The notes under the pieces: generated by a model
Database searches by the model: none
What the model saw: only the letters and a program-made list of their open reading frames with translations
What the model was told of the DNA's origin: nothing
Assembly (NCBI GenBank): GCA_902798595.1
Contig: CADBXE010000002.1
Span: forward strand, 49,531-113,530
Origin: an uncultured Erysipelotrichaceae bacterium
Lineage (GTDB): Bacteria; Bacillota_I; Bacilli_A; RFN20; CAG-826
DNA length: 64,000 nucleotides
Reading direction: 5' to 3'
Program-made: the position numbers and the translations under genes
In this document: piece after piece, positions 56,294 to 64,000 of the stretch
How positions within the stretch are numbered: position 1 is the stretch's first letter
Layout of the letters: the number at the start of each line of letters is the position of its first letter

Positions 56294-58053
56294 TGAAACT
56301 GAGAACTGTCGCATCTTTACTTTTTGCGCTAGCATTGACTGCTTGTGGTGGCCATTCTAGTTCTTTAAGTAGCGAAGTAATTACTTCCTCAAGTAGCGAA
56401 AGTTCTTTTTCTTTTACTACAAGCGATAGCGCAAGTGAAACATCTCTTCCAAGCAGTACTTCGAGTAGTGCCACAAGTTCCATTCTTCCAGAAGTAAAAC
56501 CGTATGAAGGCTATTATAATAGCCTCACTACTTGGACTAACGGAGAAGATTTAAAGCAAAAGCTCTACGATATTTCGCACTCAACATATCATCCGCTTAA
56601 TTACACGAATCCTAATTATCAAACAAATATTAATGCGGATCATTCGTATAATGACTTTGAATTTTTAGACGTTATTTATAGTGAAGATGATGTCTTCAAG
56701 ACTGAAACTAATAAGGGCTGGCAAAGAGAACATGCTTTCTGCGCTTCCTTAATGTGTGGTTCGCTGACCGCTGATGCAGTTAAAAGAGTGGGTAGAGCCA
56801 CAGACTTCCATAACTTATTAGCAGCTTCTGCTTCCGCTAACTCTTCACGCGGAAACAAAAACTATGGTAACGCTGATGAGACAAACTCTTACTATCAAAA
56901 CCGCACAACTGATAACGGACGTGACGGTTATAGCTTTGATCCTGTGAATTTTGAACCAGGTGATAGGGATAAAGGCAGAGTGGCTCGTGCCATATTTTAT
57001 ATGGCAATGATGTACAAAAATGATGAAGTTGACGAAGTTAATGGCATCACCATGAAAGGCTTAAGAGTTGTTGAAGATCCTGTCACTTATGTCCAAGGTG
57101 AAAATGGTGCTTTTGCCATTGGTAATTTATCAACGCTGCTTGAATGGAATAAAAAATATCCTGTTGATTATTTAGAAATGCAACACAACATTTCTGTTTA
57201 CAAAGATATCAACGCAATCGACGGCTATGCTCAAGGCAACCGCAATCCATTTGTTGACTATCCATCATTAGTTGATTATGTATATGGTGAACACAAAGAT
57301 ACAGCTGGCAGTTTATCTTCTTGCACCGCGACGGAAAGTATTATTAATTGTGAAATTTCTAATACTGAATTCTCTCATTACGCATTAAAAGAAGCGAAAA
57401 GAGCGTACGCTCCTGGCGAACAAATCTCTAACAATGACTACAAAATAGTCAAAATCCTAAACAACTATACATATAGCGAAATAAGTGAAGGCTACACCAA
57501 TTCATTAGCCAATCATACATTCTCCACAAATGATGGGGAATCGATTGTCGCTAATATTAGTGTTGGCACACAAAATATCCCATATCGTATCACTCTTAAT
57601 CCTTTAGCCAGTTGTTCGACTGGCGAGGTTACTTTATCGACAACTGGTATCAGTTCAAGCAAACCAAGCGTAGATCAAAACGTTACTTTTGATGGCATTG
57701 ATTTCATCTTCAATTTCAACACAACATATGTACGAAACATCAGTACTGGCGGAATTACCTTTGGTAGTGGCAACAATTCATTGACCAAACTTACCATTAA
57801 GACCAAGAATTCCTATAAGATTGATGCGGCTTACATCAAAGCCTTTGTCGGCAATGTGAATAGTTCCTATCGATTAACCATTAAAGTTGGTGACGAAACA
57901 ATCCTTAATACCACAACAGTGGATAACAAAGATGTCGCTAAAGTTTATGGTGCTTCTAGAAACGTTACATTAGAGGGTCAACTCACTTATATCTTCGAAG
58001 GAAGTTCTTCCTTGAAAATAAATAGTGTTGCCTTTAATATAATTAATGCTTAA
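56293..58053 (+). CDS. Extracellular/membrane nuclease lipoprotein: Ser-rich linker plus Endonuclease I domain plus ~250-aa C-terminal beta-rich domain
   Basis: Lipobox ALALTACGG; QGNRNPFVDYPSLVDY and WQREHAF resemble endonuclease-I (Vvn/EndA) motifs; start overlaps the ftsZ stop (TAATG). Confidence 0.55.
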   Translation: MKLRTVASLLFALALTACGGHSSSLSSEVITSSSSESSFSFTTSDSASETSLPSSTSSSATSSILPEVKPYEGYYNSLTTWTNGEDLKQKLYDISHSTYHPLNYTNPNYQTNINADHSYNDFEFLDVIYSEDDVFKTETNKGWQREHAFCASLMCGSLTADAVKRVGRATDFHNLLAASASANSSRGNKNYGNADETNSYYQNRTTDNGRDGYSFDPVNFEPGDRDKGRVARAIFYMAMMYKNDEVDEVNGITMKGLRVVEDPVTYVQGENGAFAIGNLSTLLEWNKKYPVDYLEMQHNISVYKDINAIDGYAQGNRNPFVDYPSLVDYVYGEHKDTAGSLSSCTATESIINCEISNTEFSHYALKEAKRAYAPGEQISNNDYKIVKILNNYTYSEISEGYTNSLANHTFSTNDGESIVANISVGTQNIPYRITLNPLASCSTGEVTLSTTGISSSKPSVDQNVTFDGIDFIFNFNTTYVRNISTGGITFGSGNNSLTKLTIKTKNSYKIDAAYIKAFVGNVNSSYRLTIKVGDETILNTTTVDNKDVAKVYGASRNVTLEGQLTYIFEGSSSLKINSVAFNIINA

Positions 58054-58069
58054 AATTAAGCGAACCCTT

Positions 58070-58285
58070 GAAGACACGTCTTCATATAAACTACCTCTAG
58101 CGAGTTTGGGATGGTGTAAGCCAAACAGGGAAGAATATGGAGGTATCACTTCATTGTATGAGAGCTGAACTAATAGTAAGCCTCCCTCACTCCTAGGATA
58201 AGGAGAAATCAAGTGCTAAAGATAAATCTTTAGAACTAAGGTGGTACCGCGCACAACAGCGTCCTTAGACGGGACGCTTTTATAT
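58070..58285 (+). promoter_or_regulatory. T-box riboswitch leader of ileS (probable AUC Ile specifier)
   Basis: Conserved T-box sequence AACTAAGGTGGTACCGCG at 58234-58251; terminator GCGTCC-TTAGACG-GGACGC plus TTTTAT at 58259-58283 overlaps the antiterminator 3' arm (CTAAGG/CCTTAG). Confidence 0.75.
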
Positions 58286-58301
58286 TGTTAAGGAGTTAAT
58301 T

Positions 58302-61034
58302 ATGGATTACAAACAAACGCTCTTAATGAACAAGTCAGACTTTGAAATGAGAGGCAACCTCAATCAAAAAGAACCAGTACTTGTTAAAAAATGGGAAGAA
58401 GAAAAAGTTTACGAAAACATGAACCTCAATCGTAAAGAGGCAAAAGAATTCGTTCTTCACGATGGCCCTCCATACGCGAACGGCGATATGCACTGTGGCC
58501 ATATGCTTAATCGTATTCTCAAAGACTTAGTCATTCGTTACAAGAATATGCAAGGCTATAAGACACCATTTGTCTTTGGTTGGGATACACATGGTCTTCC
58601 AATTGAAAACATGGTCACTAAAAGCGGTGTTGATAGAAAAGCTATTCCTCTTACCGAATTCCGTAAGAAATGTGAAGAATACGCTTTAACACAAGTTGCT
58701 AAACAAAAAGAACAAGTCAAACGCTTAGGTTTATTAGGCGATTTTGATAATCCATATTTAACACTTAGAAAAGAATACGAAGCTAGACAAATTGAAGTCT
58801 TTGCTTCCATGGCCTTACAAGGTTTAATTTATAAAGGCTTAAAACCAGTTTACTGGTCACCAAGTAGTGAATCCGCCTTAGCGGAAGCTGAAATCGAATA
58901 CGCAGATGTTTTATCTCATAGTATTTATGTCGCTTTCCCTGTGAGAGATGGTAAGGGTGTTGTTGATGCTGATGCCAGACTCGTCATCTGGACAACCACT
59001 CCATGGACATTACCTGCTAACTTAGCGATTAGCGCCCATCCAGACTTCGTTTATGGCGAGTACGATACAAATCTTGGAAAACTTGTTTTCCTCGCTGAAT
59101 TCGCCGATAAACTTAAAGAAGAACTAGGTTTAGAGAAATGTGAACTCATCAAACGCTTTAAAGGTAGTGAATTAGAGTTCGTCGTGTGCAAACACCCATT
59201 CTACGACCGTGATTCTTTAGTCATCGTTGGTACACATGTTACTGATGACGCTGGTACAGGTTTAGTCCATACCGCTCCTGGACATGGTGTGGAAGACTAT
59301 CAAGTCTGTATGAAATATCCAGGTAGAGGCTTAGACCCATATTGCCCTGTGGATGAACACGGCAAATTAATGAAGGGTACAGGCGAAAGACTCGAAGGGG
59401 TTTTCTACGAAAAAGCTAACGATATCGTCTTAGAAATCCTCACTGAAAATGGTGCTTTATTAAAACACACAACATTTACCCATAGCTATCCACATGACTG
59501 GAGAACACATAAACCAGTAATCTTTAGAGCTACAAAACAATGGTTCTGCTCCATTGAGCCAATTAGAGAAAAACTCTTAAAAGAAATCCATAACGTTAAA
59601 TGGTATCCAGCTTGGGGCGAAACCAGAATGGTCAATATGATTAAAGACCGCGCTGACTGGTGTATCTCTCGTCAAAGAGCGTGGGGTGTCCCAATTCCAA
59701 TCTTCTACGCAGAAGATGAAACCCCAATTATCGATAAAGAAGTATTTGACCATGTTGCTAAACTCTTTAAAGAGTTTGGTAGCAATGTCTGGTACGAAAG
59801 AGATGCAAAAGACTTATTACCAGAAGGCTATAAAAATGAACATTCTCCAAACGGCAAATTCGTTAAAGAAAAAGACATTATGGACGTTTGGTTTGACAGT
59901 GGTTCATCTTGGAATGGTGTCTTAAATGATAGAGGTATCCAATATCCAAGTGATTTATACCTTGAAGGTAGTGACCAATATCGTGGTTGGTTCAACTCTT
60001 CCCTTATCTTAAGTGTCGCTACACATGATGTCGCACCATTTAAGAATGTTGTTTCCCATGGTTGGGTTTTAGACGAACATGGTGAACAAATGCATAAATC
60101 CAAAGGTAATGGTGTTGATCCTACAAAGATTGCTAATGTCTATGGCGCTGATATCTTAAGACTTTGGGTCGCTAGCGTTGATTATCAACAAGACGTTCGT
60201 ATTGGTGAAAACTTAATCAAACAAGTTGCTGACCAATATCGTAAAATCCGTAATACATTAAAGTTCATCTCCTGGAACTTAGTGGACTTTGATCCTCACA
60301 CAAAGGTCAACGAATTCGCTAAACCAGATGAATATATCTTGGAATCTCTTAACTTATTAGTTAAGAATGTCACTGAAGCTTTCGATAAATATAACTTTGG
60401 CGAAGCCACAAGTGACATCATGACCTTCATGTCTACTGACTTAAGTAGTTTCTATTTAGATATTAATAAAGATGTCTTATACTGCGAAGGAAAAGATTCC
60501 TTAAGAAGAAGACAAGTCCAAACCGCTTTATACTTAGTCGGTGAAACATTGTTACGTCTTCTCAATCCAATCCTTCCATTTACAATGGATGAATTCAATC
60601 GTAATATGCCTGGTGAAAGAAAAGCCAATCCTCAATACTACGATTATCCAAAATATCATGAAGTTAACGTTGACTTATTAAAGGAATACGATAATTTCAA
60701 ACTCTTAAGAGATGATGTCTTAAAAGCTTTAGAAGAAGCTAGAAATAACAAGGTTATTGGTTCCGCTCAAGAAGCTTATGTCTCTATTAAATTCAATAAT
60801 GAAGACTTAAGAAAGCTTTTCAATAGTTTTGATAAACACTTAAGAAATCAATTATTCGTTGTTAGTGAAATCAACGAAGAAGATAATGATGGTGTGGAAC
60901 TTAATAATTCTAAAATCAAAGTTATTCATCACCCAGGTCACTTCTGCGAAAGATGCTGGAACTATGAAAGTGATGCAGTTCTCCAAGAAGATGGTACCTA
61001 TTTATGCAAACGCTGCGCTGAGGTTGTCAAATAA
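58302..61034 (+). CDS. ileS: Isoleucyl-tRNA synthetase
   Basis: HMGH (PYANGDMHCGH), KMSKS, C-terminal Zn-binding CERCW...CKRC. Confidence 0.9.
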   Translation: MDYKQTLLMNKSDFEMRGNLNQKEPVLVKKWEEEKVYENMNLNRKEAKEFVLHDGPPYANGDMHCGHMLNRILKDLVIRYKNMQGYKTPFVFGWDTHGLPIENMVTKSGVDRKAIPLTEFRKKCEEYALTQVAKQKEQVKRLGLLGDFDNPYLTLRKEYEARQIEVFASMALQGLIYKGLKPVYWSPSSESALAEAEIEYADVLSHSIYVAFPVRDGKGVVDADARLVIWTTTPWTLPANLAISAHPDFVYGEYDTNLGKLVFLAEFADKLKEELGLEKCELIKRFKGSELEFVVCKHPFYDRDSLVIVGTHVTDDAGTGLVHTAPGHGVEDYQVCMKYPGRGLDPYCPVDEHGKLMKGTGERLEGVFYEKANDIVLEILTENGALLKHTTFTHSYPHDWRTHKPVIFRATKQWFCSIEPIREKLLKEIHNVKWYPAWGETRMVNMIKDRADWCISRQRAWGVPIPIFYAEDETPIIDKEVFDHVAKLFKEFGSNVWYERDAKDLLPEGYKNEHSPNGKFVKEKDIMDVWFDSGSSWNGVLNDRGIQYPSDLYLEGSDQYRGWFNSSLILSVATHDVAPFKNVVSHGWVLDEHGEQMHKSKGNGVDPTKIANVYGADILRLWVASVDYQQDVRIGENLIKQVADQYRKIRNTLKFISWNLVDFDPHTKVNEFAKPDEYILESLNLLVKNVTEAFDKYNFGEATSDIMTFMSTDLSSFYLDINKDVLYCEGKDSLRRRQVQTALYLVGETLLRLLNPILPFTMDEFNRNMPGERKANPQYYDYPKYHEVNVDLLKEYDNFKLLRDDVLKALEEARNNKVIGSAQEAYVSIKFNNEDLRKLFNSFDKHLRNQLFVVSEINEEDNDGVELNNSKIKVIHHPGHFCERCWNYESDAVLQEDGTYLCKRCAEVVK

Positions 61035-61663
61035 TGAAAGAGAAAGTATTAAACGCCTTAAAATGGTTCTTTAAATCATATATTTGGCTTGGTGTATTGC
61101 TTCTAGCAATAGATATTATTACTAAGCAAATCATCTTAGGCTTTCACGCACTTGAAGGTGATTTAATTAGTGACTGGGGATTTGTCAGAATTAGATTCAT
61201 CTTAAATAGAGGTGCTGCTTTCGGTATGGGCACAGGTAACGCTGTAGCTAATCGTGTCCTTTATTTAGTTATTGCTTCGTTAATTAGTATTGGCTTAGTG
61301 ACATACTTAATTATCAAAAGAAAAGATGTTAAAGCTTATGTGAGAGCATCGTTAATTATGGTAGTTACTGGTGCAATTGGTAATATGATAGATCGTATCT
61401 TCTATGCCCCAGAATTTGCCGTTGTTGACTGGATTGATTTCTATTGGGTTCCTGGCTGGGTTTGGGTCTTTAATATTGCTGATAGCTGTATCGTTGTAGC
61501 CGCCTTTATGCTCATCATTTATGTGATAGTGGGAGAGGTTAAAGAATATAAAGCTAAGAACAAGACCACAGTGAAGACTGTTAACGATAATAAAAAGATT
61601 CTTTCTAAGACCGAAAAAGAAAGACTTGAAGCAGAACAAGCTCAGGAAAAAGAAAGTAAATAA
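61034..61663 (+). CDS. lspA: Lipoprotein signal peptidase II with charged C-terminal tail
   Basis: NRGAAFGMG, IGNMIDR, VVDWIDF motifs; overlaps the ileS stop. Confidence 0.8.
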   Translation: MKEKVLNALKWFFKSYIWLGVLLLAIDIITKQIILGFHALEGDLISDWGFVRIRFILNRGAAFGMGTGNAVANRVLYLVIASLISIGLVTYLIIKRKDVKAYVRASLIMVVTGAIGNMIDRIFYAPEFAVVDWIDFYWVPGWVWVFNIADSCIVVAAFMLIIYVIVGEVKEYKAKNKTTVKTVNDNKKILSKTEKERLEAEQAQEKESK

Positions 61664-61685
61664 ATAGTAGTTTTATAGTAAACAT

Positions 61686-62585
61686 ATGAAATACATCGTT
61701 ACTTATAAAGAAAATGGCGAAAGATTTGATAAGGCTGTTAGTCTCCTTAACAGTGAACTTTCACGTTCCTATATCACAAAACTTATTGAGGAAGGAAAAA
61801 TCCTCTTAAATGGTAAACAAGAAAAGCCTTCCTTAAAGGTTAAAGAAAACGATGAGATTTTCATTGAAGAATTAGTGGACCAAAAGAGCGATATCAAAGA
61901 AGAAGATATCCCGTTAGATGTCGTTTATGAAGATGATGATATCCTCATTATCAATAAACCTCAAGGTATGGTGGTTCACCCTGCTAATGGTCATTATTCT
62001 GGAACACTGGTGAACGCTCTTATGTTCATGGAAGATTCACTTTCCTCCATTAATGGTGTCATCCGTCCAGGTATTGTGCATCGTATTGATAAAGACACTA
62101 GTGGCTTATTGTGCGTTGCTAAAAACGATAATGCCCATCATTTCTTAGCGGAACAACTTAAAGACCACACAATGGCTAGAGAATACATGGCTTTAGTCCG
62201 TGGTGTGATTAAAGAAAATAGTGGTACAGTAGAAATGCCTATAGGCAGAGATAAAAAAGACCGTCAAAAAATGGCGGTTACAAAAGAAGGTAAACCTGCG
62301 ATTACTCACTTCGTTGTGGTGGAAAGATTTAAAGACCACACTTTAGTGAAGTGCCAACTCGTCAGTGGACGTACACACCAAATCCGCGTCCATATGTCCG
62401 CGATTGGATACCCAGTTGAAGGGGATCCATTATACGCTGGTAAGAATTTCGATAAGTTATATAAAAACGGTCAGCTCCTTGTAGCGTATAAGTTAAAACT
62501 TATTCATCCAACCACGAAAAAGGAAATGGTCTTCAATATTGACCTTCCAGATTACTTCCAAAAAGTCTTAGAAAGCTTAAGATAA
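61686..62585 (+). CDS. rluD: 23S rRNA pseudouridine synthase, RluA/RluD family with S4 domain
   Basis: HRIDKDTSGLL catalytic Asp motif. Confidence 0.8.
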   Translation: MKYIVTYKENGERFDKAVSLLNSELSRSYITKLIEEGKILLNGKQEKPSLKVKENDEIFIEELVDQKSDIKEEDIPLDVVYEDDDILIINKPQGMVVHPANGHYSGTLVNALMFMEDSLSSINGVIRPGIVHRIDKDTSGLLCVAKNDNAHHFLAEQLKDHTMAREYMALVRGVIKENSGTVEMPIGRDKKDRQKMAVTKEGKPAITHFVVVERFKDHTLVKCQLVSGRTHQIRVHMSAIGYPVEGDPLYAGKNFDKLYKNGQLLVAYKLKLIHPTTKKEMVFNIDLPDYFQKVLESLR

Positions 62586-62589
62586 AAGA

Positions 62590-62616
62590 AAAGACCCAGC
62601 TGTGCTGGGTTTTCTA
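62590..62616. terminator. Bidirectional terminator (rluD / rnhC)
   Basis: AAAAGACCCAGC-TGT-GCTGGGTTTTCT. Confidence 0.6.
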
Positions 62617-63534
62617 TTCTGTTACTTCTTTATAATTAGCGAAGTGCTTTTTAGCAATCTTGTTGAATTCCTCTAAGCCGTATTTCTTAATGAACTTTTT
62701 AGCGAACTCATTAACTTTAGACGACGCTCCAAATGGGAAAGTCATTTTATATTTCTTTTCTAAGGCATCTTTTTCAAGTAAGAAGGCATATCTAGCAATG
62801 CAACTTGCTAAAGCAACACATGGATAATATGATTCGCCTTTGGTTTTAAAAGTGATATTGAATATCTTTTGTTCTTTTGGATCGTTCAAGTAAGCAAAGT
62901 ATTTAGATTCCGCGACGAATTGATCCACGAAGATGTTTTTAGTGTCAGGGAACTTCTTAAACATGTTGAGTAAAGCGCGATTATGCATCTTAGCTTTAAT
63001 ACTGTTTAAGTTTTCACCTTGTTCAATCAATTCGTTGTAGTGGCCATTTGGTAAGCAAAGCTTAGAGACAAAGAATTTCTTTAATAAGCCCGGAGCAATT
63101 TCTCTAATCTTTTCATCTGTGAGCTTCTTGCTATCCTTAACACCGAATGATTCTAATTCTTTTAGATCTCTACCACGAACAAACGCGGCCACGACAATAA
63201 CTGGAAGTAGGAAATCACCGACACCGACTTCGTCGCTACCGATTTGATTGTCTTTACAAAGCCAACCTTTAGGGGCTACTGTGCTTTCTTTTACTTCCGC
63301 TTCAGCATTCCATTTTTGTGCTTCCACTAGGGCAGCGCCACCAGAGAAAACAACTTTGTGTTTGCCCTTTTTATCACAATAAATTGTAATAATGACACCA
63401 GAATACTCCGCTTGAAAGACGACATATTCGCCATTATTAGGCTTTTGATAGGCTAAATAAAAAGCCATCATTTCTTTAGCTTGTTCGTTAGTAATAGCAA
63501 ATGAAACAATCTCTTTGTTCATATAAATAATCAT
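62614..63534 (-). CDS. rnhC: Ribonuclease HIII
   Basis: N-terminal DUF3378-like domain plus RNase HII fold with SDEVGVGD; start may be the internal ATG at 63522. Confidence 0.7.
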   Translation of the reverse strand: MIIYMNKEIVSFAITNEQAKEMMAFYLAYQKPNNGEYVVFQAEYSGVIITIYCDKKGKHKVVFSGGAALVEAQKWNAEAEVKESTVAPKGWLCKDNQIGSDEVGVGDFLLPVIVVAAFVRGRDLKELESFGVKDSKKLTDEKIREIAPGLLKKFFVSKLCLPNGHYNELIEQGENLNSIKAKMHNRALLNMFKKFPDTKNIFVDQFVAESKYFAYLNDPKEQKIFNITFKTKGESYYPCVALASCIARYAFLLEKDALEKKYKMTFPFGASSKVNEFAKKFIKKYGLEEFNKIAKKHFANYKEVTE

Positions 63535-63586
63535 AACACTTTTTTAAGAGTGAAAAATTTATTTTTAACGTGCTAAAATAAACTGT

Positions 63587-64000
63587 ATGCAAAACATTTA
63601 CGAAACATTTGAATTTAATAAAATTAAAGACCATCTCTTAGAATATGCGAAAACAGAACTCGCTAAAGTCTATATCGATGAACTCAAGATGTATGAGAGT
63701 CCTGAAGCTATCAAAAACGCTTTAGAAGATTTAAAAGAAATTAGTTCCATTATCGTGAGATTTGGTCCTTTACCAATCCATACTTCCGCTAACGCGTTAG
63801 TGTTAATTGATTTAGCTAAAAAGACTGGTTTATTAACACCTAGAGATTTATCTCTCATCGCAGAAGATGTTTTAACTATTGGTAAAATCAGTGCGTTCCT
63901 TAAGAAACTTGATAACATGTATCCACGCACTAATGAGATGACCAGTGGTTTTATTGATTTAAGTAACTTAGAAAAAGAAATCCATAGAGTCATCACCAAC
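63587..64000 (+). CDS. mutS2: Endonuclease MutS2, N-terminal 138 codons (3'-partial, runs off window; absent from the ORF table)
   Basis: Open frame from ATG 63587 to the window end translating MQNIYETFEFNKIKDHLLEYAKTELAK..., the typical MutS2 N-terminus; Bacillus-like synteny with rnhC. Confidence 0.55.
   Translation, partial: MQNIYETFEFNKIKDHLLEYAKTELAKVYIDELKMYESPEAIKNALEDLKEISSIIVRFGPLPIHTSANALVLIDLAKKTGLLTPRDLSLIAEDVLTIGKISAFLKKLDNMYPRTNEMTSGFIDLSNLEKEIHRVITN

Noticed and set aside
63670-63999. 109-aa minus-strand ORF
   Set aside because: It lies opposite the open MutS2 N-terminal frame, which has a clear family match.

Overview
This is a low-GC window that uses the standard genetic code: Trp is TGG, and UGA is a stop (for example at 20857). 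It is densely packed, mostly with Firmicutes-type housekeeping genes in Bacillus-like synteny. Genes present include the 3' end of leuS, coaX, pepV, trmB, an NAPRTase-family gene, rpsD, ezrA, a cysteine desulfurase, thiI, rplT-rpmI-infC, thrS, pfkA, dnaB(Gram+)-dnaI, polA, dnaE, nrnA, ackA, glgB-glgP, pheST, mraZ-rsmH-ftsA-ftsZ, ileS-lspA-rluD, rnhC and the 5' end of mutS2. The division cluster has no peptidoglycan-synthesis genes. There are many SC/AC-lipobox lipoproteins with Ser-rich linkers. The window also encodes a membrane EAL protein. Together these features suggest a wall-less Acholeplasma-like Mollicute or a close Firmicute relative; this is an inference, not a database result. RNA elements I can support are a T-box leader for ileS, an L20-type leader ahead of infC-rpmI-rplT, a probable S4 leader ahead of rpsD, an MraZ operator, and many clean rho-independent terminators. 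I saw no tRNA, rRNA, CRISPR array or transposase. The clear accessory island lies between thiI and rplT, at 16589-20882. It is a terminator-flanked two-gene cassette with its own promoter. The first gene encodes a 903-aa protein whose roughly 12-TM membrane domain shows an internal 3 x 4-TM repeat and is fused to a McrB-type AAA+ NTPase domain. The second, translationally coupled gene encodes a 496-aa partner ending in two CxxC zinc-ribbon knuckles. I flag this as a candidate undescribed membrane-anchored McrBC-like module, possibly for defence. Other notable items are an Amt-GlnK(P-II) translational fusion preceded by a repeated ACGATAC motif array, an in-frame Fpg-CoaE fusion, and DnaA boxes ahead of dnaB-dnaI. 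There is also a Ser-tract Big_2 lipoprotein whose gene contains a repetitive Ser-codon region, and an endonuclease-I lipoprotein translationally coupled to ftsZ.
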